DNA of 20,000 nt from IMG/VR virus record IMGVR_UViG_3300042540_000681, positions 53,574 to 73,573 of that record, one strand, 5' to 3'. Below the pieces are notes generated by a model. The model saw only the letters and a program-made list of their open reading frames with translations, did not search any database and was not told where the DNA came from. This DNA is from an uncultured virus (IMG/VR IMGVR_UViG_3300042540_000681). Lineage: Duplodnaviria; Heunggongvirae; Uroviricota; Caudoviricetes. Position numbers and translations under genes: made by a program. Each line of letters opens with the position of its first letter. Position 1 is the stretch's first letter. This document shows, in pieces, positions 15,659 to 20,000 of the stretch.

Positions 15659-16410
15659 AACCAATTAAAGCAAAAGACCTTCTTGAACTTGACCAACATA
15701 TGAAAGTTGTGATGCTTCGTCAGACACAACTTCCTCAAACTCTGGTTTATCAGGGAGGTAAGAATGATTATAGTGAAGACCCCATTCATACTAAGTTTCC
15801 TCCAAGTGAGAAGGACTGTGGTAAGTGGGTGATTGAACAACTCCTGGCAAATGAAAGAGGGCACTGGGGACCGCTGGAGCACCCTGCCATTTCTCTGGAC
15901 TGTGTTGGATTCGTTCATAATGTCATCGTACAGGCACGAACTCATCGTGTTGGTGTAAGTTTTGATGTTCAGTCGCAGCGTTATACCGGTCGTCGTGTAC
16001 TTAAAGTTGCCAAGGGTGAACTGAAACCTGAAGAAGTTTATTATGTGCGTCCAGAAGGTCTCTACCTGGACCGTAAAGGGCACAAGTATGAGTGGACTAG
16101 GGAAGACTACGAAAGGCAGTTAAAGTTCTGTCTGGCAGCATCTGAGAGGTATGCTGAGGGTTACGAACAGCGTGGTATGGCAGAGGAACATCTCCGTGAT
16201 TATCTTCCTCAGAATATCCGCCAGAACTTTGTAGTTTCATTCTCTCTTCGTGCCGCACTTCACTTTCTTGACCTTCGTGCTAAACTGGATGCTCAGGTAG
16301 AAATTCAGGCTCTCTGTGAAGGAATGGTTCCTGTAATGAAAGAATGGGTTCCTGAAATCTTCAGTTATTATGAGGAAAAGAGGCTTAGAAAAGCAAAACT
16401 TTCACCTTAA
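15655..16410 (+). CDS. thyX: FAD-dependent thymidylate synthase
   Basis: GHWGPLEH, ThyX motif QARTHRVGVSFDVQSQRY, EHLRDYLPQ and SLRAALHFLDLRAKLDAQVEI. Confidence 0.95.
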   Translation: MKPIKAKDLLELDQHMKVVMLRQTQLPQTLVYQGGKNDYSEDPIHTKFPPSEKDCGKWVIEQLLANERGHWGPLEHPAISLDCVGFVHNVIVQARTHRVGVSFDVQSQRYTGRRVLKVAKGELKPEEVYYVRPEGLYLDRKGHKYEWTREDYERQLKFCLAASERYAEGYEQRGMAEEHLRDYLPQNIRQNFVVSFSLRAALHFLDLRAKLDAQVEIQALCEGMVPVMKEWVPEIFSYYEEKRLRKAKLSP

Positions 16411-16458
16411 ACAAAACCTAAATAAAAATGCCTGAAGTTGACTGCAATCTCTACAGGT

Positions 16459-16479
16459 GGGAGAGGTTAAACTTCTCCC
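16459..16479 (+). other. GC-rich hairpin between thyX and the homing endonuclease gene
   Basis: GGGAGAGGT-TAA-ACTTCTCCC with one G:U pair and only a short T run after it. Confidence 0.6.
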
Positions 16480-16480
16480 T

Positions 16481-16488
16481 TATAAATA
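16481..16488 (+). promoter_or_regulatory. T4-type late promoter TATAAATA
   Basis: Exact T4 gp55 consensus, 26 nt upstream of the endonuclease ATG. Confidence 0.75.
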
Positions 16489-16514
16489 TTAATGCAGTCA
16501 ACTAAAGAGCAGTT

Positions 16515-17249
16515 ATGGTAAATCTTAACAGATTTTATACTTATGCTTATTTGCGTGAAGATAGAACTCCTTATTATGTCGGTAAGGGAAATGGTGATAG
16601 GGTTTATAGAAAAAGATTAAAGGGGGTTAATGCTCCTAAAGATAAATCCAGAATAATCTTCCTGAAACAAAACATAACAGAGGAAGAAGCGTTCAAGCAC
16701 GAGAAGTATATGATTGCTGTCTTTGGTAGACTAGATTTAGGAACTGGTATTCTTCATAATAGAACTGATGGTGGTGAGGGAATGTGTGGATATAAACATT
16801 CTGAGGAGACTAGAAAAAAAATTGGAGAACTTAGTAAAGGTAGAAAATGTAAAGATGAAACTAGAAAAAAATTAAGTAAAGCAAGTAAAAATAGAGTTTG
16901 TAGTGAAGAAACTAGAAAAAAATTAAGTGCATCAAAGACTGGTAAAAATAATCCTATGTATGGAAAAGAAATGAGTGAAGAACATAAACAAAAAATAAGT
17001 GAAGCAAATACGGGAAATAGTTCTTGTTCTTGGAATAGAGGTAAAAAAATGGATCCTTTCAGTGAAGAACATCGAAGAAAACTGAGCGAATATGCAAAAA
17101 ATAGAAGTGAAGAACATAAACAAAAATTAAAAGAAACGGCAAAAGGTAGAACATCTCCTAATAAAGGTAAAAAAATGAGCGAAGAACATAAAAGAAAAAT
17201 AGGTGAAGCAAATAGAAAAAGATGGGAAGAAAGAAAAAAAATAAATTAA
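16515..17249 (+). CDS. Free-standing GIY-YIG-type homing endonuclease with NUMOD3 repeats (Seg-like)
   Basis: FYTYAY..PYYVGKG...R..E..I..N.TDGGEG catalytic domain, then repeated SEETRKK.S / SEEHK.KI units. More A-rich than the flanking genes. Confidence 0.85.
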   Translation: MVNLNRFYTYAYLREDRTPYYVGKGNGDRVYRKRLKGVNAPKDKSRIIFLKQNITEEEAFKHEKYMIAVFGRLDLGTGILHNRTDGGEGMCGYKHSEETRKKIGELSKGRKCKDETRKKLSKASKNRVCSEETRKKLSASKTGKNNPMYGKEMSEEHKQKISEANTGNSSCSWNRGKKMDPFSEEHRRKLSEYAKNRSEEHKQKLKETAKGRTSPNKGKKMSEEHKRKIGEANRKRWEERKKIN

Positions 17250-17256
17250 TATACCC

Positions 17257-17263
17257 CTAAATA
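17257..17263 (+). promoter_or_regulatory. Possible late promoter (CTAAATA)
   Basis: Intergenic, upstream of ATG 17286. Confidence 0.45.
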
Positions 17264-17285
17264 TTTTTGTAAATTATTATAACTT

Positions 17286-17528
17286 ATGTGCCCTACTTAT
17301 AGATTTGAGAATACGGAAACGGGTGAAATCTTTGAGAAATGGATGTATATGGCGGACAAAGACCCATATCTCAAAGAAAATCCTCACATCAAACCACTTA
17401 TTCCAACACAAATGAATGTTGGTGAAGTAGGTGATTGGCGGAATAAACTAACCTCCAAGCACCCTTCGTGGAACGATGTCCTAGGTCGTGCCCAAAAGAT
17501 GCCCGGATCAAAAGTACAAAAACTCTAA
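17286..17528 (+). CDS. Conserved T4-like cyanophage hypothetical protein (FmdB-like N-terminus)
   Basis: PTYRFENTETGE...YLKENPHI...EVGDW..KL....P.WNDVL. Usual position upstream of phoH. Confidence 0.75.
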   Translation: MCPTYRFENTETGEIFEKWMYMADKDPYLKENPHIKPLIPTQMNVGEVGDWRNKLTSKHPSWNDVLGRAQKMPGSKVQKL

Positions 17529-17534
17529 ACACTT

Positions 17535-18287
17535 ATGGCAAGAAGAAAAAGAGCAGAGCAACCAATCGGTGTTGATCTTACTACTCGTCAAGCAAAGCGT
17601 AAAAAACCGTTAAGTGGTGAATATCTAGTAGATATTGATCCACTTACCGAAAATCAAAAGAAACTTTTTGATTCTTATGCCAATCAAAAACATTTAGTTG
17701 CCTACGGGTGTGCCGGTACTGGTAAAACTTTTATCACCCTTTATAATGCTCTTCGTGAAGTCTTAGATGAAAAAACACCTTTTGAAAAAATCTATCTTGT
17801 TAGGTCATTAGTTGCCACAAGAGAAATTGGATTTCTTCCCGGTTCTTATGATGACAAGTCGGATATTTACCAGATTCCTTATAAGAATATGGTGAAGTAT
17901 ATGTTCCAACTTTCAAATGATGTTGAATTTGAGATGCTTTATGGCAATCTTAAGTCTCAAGAAACCATTAAGTTCTGGAGTACTTCATTCCTCAGAGGAA
18001 CCACGCTTGATAATTCTATTATTATTGTGGATGAGTTCCAAAATATGTCATATCACGAACTAGATTCTATTATCACTCGTGTTGGTGAGAACTCAAAGAT
18101 TATGTTCTGTGGAGATGCGTCTCAGAGTGACCTTCAAAAAACAAATGAGCGTAATGGAATCGTTGATTTTATGACAGTATTGCGTAAAATGCCATCTTTT
18201 GATATAATTGAGTTTGGTGTAGATGATATTGTTCGTTCCGGACTTGTCAAAGAATACATTATTGCTAAACTAGAAGCAGGTTTTTAA
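17535..18287 (+). CDS. phoH: PhoH-family ATPase
   Basis: PLTENQ, Walker A GCAGTGKT, IGFLPG, FLRGTTL, IIVDEFQN, FCGD..QSDL and DIVRSGLV. Confidence 0.95.
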   Translation: MARRKRAEQPIGVDLTTRQAKRKKPLSGEYLVDIDPLTENQKKLFDSYANQKHLVAYGCAGTGKTFITLYNALREVLDEKTPFEKIYLVRSLVATREIGFLPGSYDDKSDIYQIPYKNMVKYMFQLSNDVEFEMLYGNLKSQETIKFWSTSFLRGTTLDNSIIIVDEFQNMSYHELDSIITRVGENSKIMFCGDASQSDLQKTNERNGIVDFMTVLRKMPSFDIIEFGVDDIVRSGLVKEYIIAKLEAGF

Positions 18288-18964
18288 TGTTTAATCATCT
18301 TGATAATGTACTTCCTCAACTTGAAAGAGAAACGATTGATGGAGTCCGATATTATTCTGTGCCAGATGAGGACCAACTGCTGAAGTTGGTCTCCATCACT
18401 TCGGTAACCAGTCATTTTAATAAGGAAATCTTTGTCAAGTGGCGTAAGAGAGTTGGTGTAGAAGAGGCAGATAAAATCACCAAGGCAGCAACCAGTCGTG
18501 GAACTGATATGCACACCCTGGTTGAGAACTATCTTTACAATAGAGACCTTCCTCCGGTTCAACCCATATCAGATTTTCTTTTTAAGATTGCAAAATCAGA
18601 ACTGAATAGGATTAATAATATCTACTGTCTGGAAGGAGCTCTATATAGTAAACAACTTGGTGTTGCCGGTACTACTGACTGTATTGCCGAGTTTGATGGA
18701 GAACTTGCCATCATAGACTTTAAGACTTCTAAAAAACCAAAACCAAGAGATTGGATTGAGAATTATTTCGTTCAGGCTATGTTCTATGGAATGGCACTTT
18801 ACGAGATGACAGATATTAAAGTTAAAAAACTTGTAATTATTATGGCGTGTGAAAATGGTGAATGTGTTGTTTATGAAGAGAGAGACCTGAACAAATATAT
18901 GAAACTTGTTGTGGAATATATTAAAAAGTTTGTGAATGATAAACTTGAACTAATGTCTGCTTGA
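18287..18964 (+). CDS. PD-(D/E)XK exonuclease (RecB/Cas4-like) of T4-like phages
   Basis: SITSV, RGTDMH, AGTTDCIAEFDGELAIIDFKTS and YFVQ..FY. Confidence 0.88.
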   Translation: MFNHLDNVLPQLERETIDGVRYYSVPDEDQLLKLVSITSVTSHFNKEIFVKWRKRVGVEEADKITKAATSRGTDMHTLVENYLYNRDLPPVQPISDFLFKIAKSELNRINNIYCLEGALYSKQLGVAGTTDCIAEFDGELAIIDFKTSKKPKPRDWIENYFVQAMFYGMALYEMTDIKVKKLVIIMACENGECVVYEERDLNKYMKLVVEYIKKFVNDKLELMSA

Positions 18965-18989
18965 CTAAACGATTATTTTATTTTATAAT
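18961..18989 (+). promoter_or_regulatory. Sigma70-type promoter upstream of gene 33
   Basis: TTGACT (18961-18966), 17 nt, TATAAT (18984-18989). Confidence 0.7.
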
Positions 18990-19010
18990 ACATATTATTA
19001 CTCTTAAATT

Positions 19011-19325
19011 ATGGCAAATATATTAGAGACATTTCTAGAAATTAATATAGAATCTATGGAACAAACGGAAACGAACAAAGAATTAGAAAAAGCAATAGAA
19101 GATAAGTTTCTTACTCCTTCCAAGTTTGCTTTAGAAATTGAAAAAATAGTTGCAGAAGAAAACTGCAATTATATTGATGCTATTTGTCATTATTGTGAAA
19201 TCAACGGTATTGATGTAGAATCGGTTACTAAACTAGTTTCTAAACCTCTTAAAGAAAGACTAAAGTATGATGCGATTAGTCTTAACTTTATGAAGAGAAC
19301 CTCTAAAGCGAAATTGCCTATCTGA
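19011..19325 (+). CDS. 33: Late-promoter transcription coactivator gp33
   Basis: FALEIE.IV.....YIDAI.HYCE.N.ID.ESV.KLVSKPLKERL...A..LNF. The start may instead be ATG 19056. Confidence 0.88.
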   Translation: MANILETFLEINIESMEQTETNKELEKAIEDKFLTPSKFALEIEKIVAEENCNYIDAICHYCEINGIDVESVTKLVSKPLKERLKYDAISLNFMKRTSKAKLPI

Positions 19326-19912
19326 TGTCACCTTTTGAAACTTATCAAGCATATTTGGGAATCAAGAATCATTTCACCAATCCCAAATATGATTACTTTA
19401 AATATAAAAAAACAAGAGCAACACTTACATCATTTAATAAACGCAAAGACAAATATTTTTTCGAGAAAAGTTCTCGTAAATATTCGGACAAAGAAATAGT
19501 AGATTTTTTAGTATCAAACTTTATAGTAGCAGATAATCCCCAAAGCATATGGATTGGCGAAATTATCAATTCTGGAGAAAGAAACTACCAAGAATGGATG
19601 AGAAGACAACAGAGTTTGAGTTACTTATTCAAGGAACAATCAACAGAATTGTTCTCGGAAGTAAAATTAGAAGATGCTTTGAACTGCTCCAAAGGACATC
19701 CACCAATTCTAAAAAAATTCCTGAGCGGGAAGATTTGTATTGAAACTCTGGTAATTTATGATAGAATATTCCTGTTCGGGAAACAATTTGACAAGAAACT
19801 TCTGGACCCAATATGGGAAACCGTAAGTTTAAAAATTAAGAAGTATACGCCATTTCTAAATATTGATGTGTTTCAGTACAAGCGAATTTTGAGGGATATT
19901 ATAAATGAGTAG
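19325..19912 (+). CDS. 59: Helicase loader gp59
   Basis: FETYQ.YL..KNHFT..KYDYFKY, F.KRKDKYFFEK and HPPILK.FL. Follows gene 33, as in T4-like phages. Confidence 0.9.
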   Translation: MSPFETYQAYLGIKNHFTNPKYDYFKYKKTRATLTSFNKRKDKYFFEKSSRKYSDKEIVDFLVSNFIVADNPQSIWIGEIINSGERNYQEWMRRQQSLSYLFKEQSTELFSEVKLEDALNCSKGHPPILKKFLSGKICIETLVIYDRIFLFGKQFDKKLLDPIWETVSLKIKKYTPFLNIDVFQYKRILRDIINE

Positions 19913-20000
19913 TTTTTTTGATTCTGAACTTATTCAGGAAGAACTAAAAGAAATTAATGAACTTCAGGAGTTTATATACAATAGTATTTTAACTTTTGGT
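19905..20000 (+). CDS. DUF1825-like protein, 5' part (MSSFFDSELIQEELKEINELQ...)
   Basis: ATG 19905 with GAGG upstream, open to the window end. FFDSE..QEE N-terminus and the usual position after gene 59. Confidence 0.7.
   Translation, partial: MSSFFDSELIQEELKEINELQEFIYNSILTFG

Noticed and set aside
15487..16083. 198-aa minus-strand ORF (also 8678-9292 and other minus-strand ORFs)
   Set aside because: Antisense shadows of well-supported + strand genes.
16411..17285. Group I intron containing the endonuclease
   Set aside because: thyX appears complete with its own stop, no second exon follows, and the flanks are too short for a ribozyme core.
17535..18287. phoH (and thyX, nrdC) as novel auxiliary genes
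   Set aside because: These are routine core genes of T4-like cyanophages.
18287..18964. Cas4 / CRISPR adaptation gene
   Set aside because: Standard T4-like exonuclease in the phoH-exo-33-59 context, with no four-Cys Fe-S motif and no array.

Overview
AT-rich segment of a T4-like cyanophage genome (Kyanoviridae-like), with all credible genes on the + strand. Bases 1-13013 are an accessory island: a CxxCxxCC protein, a seven-bladed RCC1-repeat protein with near-identical 153-bp repeats, a sulfotransferase, and a run of glycosyltransferase, FkbM / Methyltransf_24 methyltransferase, TPR, beta-propeller and WavE-like domain fusions. Bases 13050-20000 are core-like genes: glutaredoxin, small hypotheticals, thyX, a free-standing GIY-YIG/NUMOD3 homing endonuclease, phoH, an exonuclease, gp33, gp59 and a partial DUF1825-like gene. 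The most interesting element is absent from the ORF track, at about 14760-15325. It has an NtcA-type GTA-N8-TAC box on a sigma70 promoter, a doubled and apparently nested glutamine-riboswitch-like RNA, an anti-SD hairpin, three coupled micro-ORFs (the first a YRGV/DUF4278-like peptide), and a terminator that contains a perfect consensus promoter. It looks like a phage-encoded module that senses host nitrogen status. All family assignments come from reading motifs by eye; no database searches were run.
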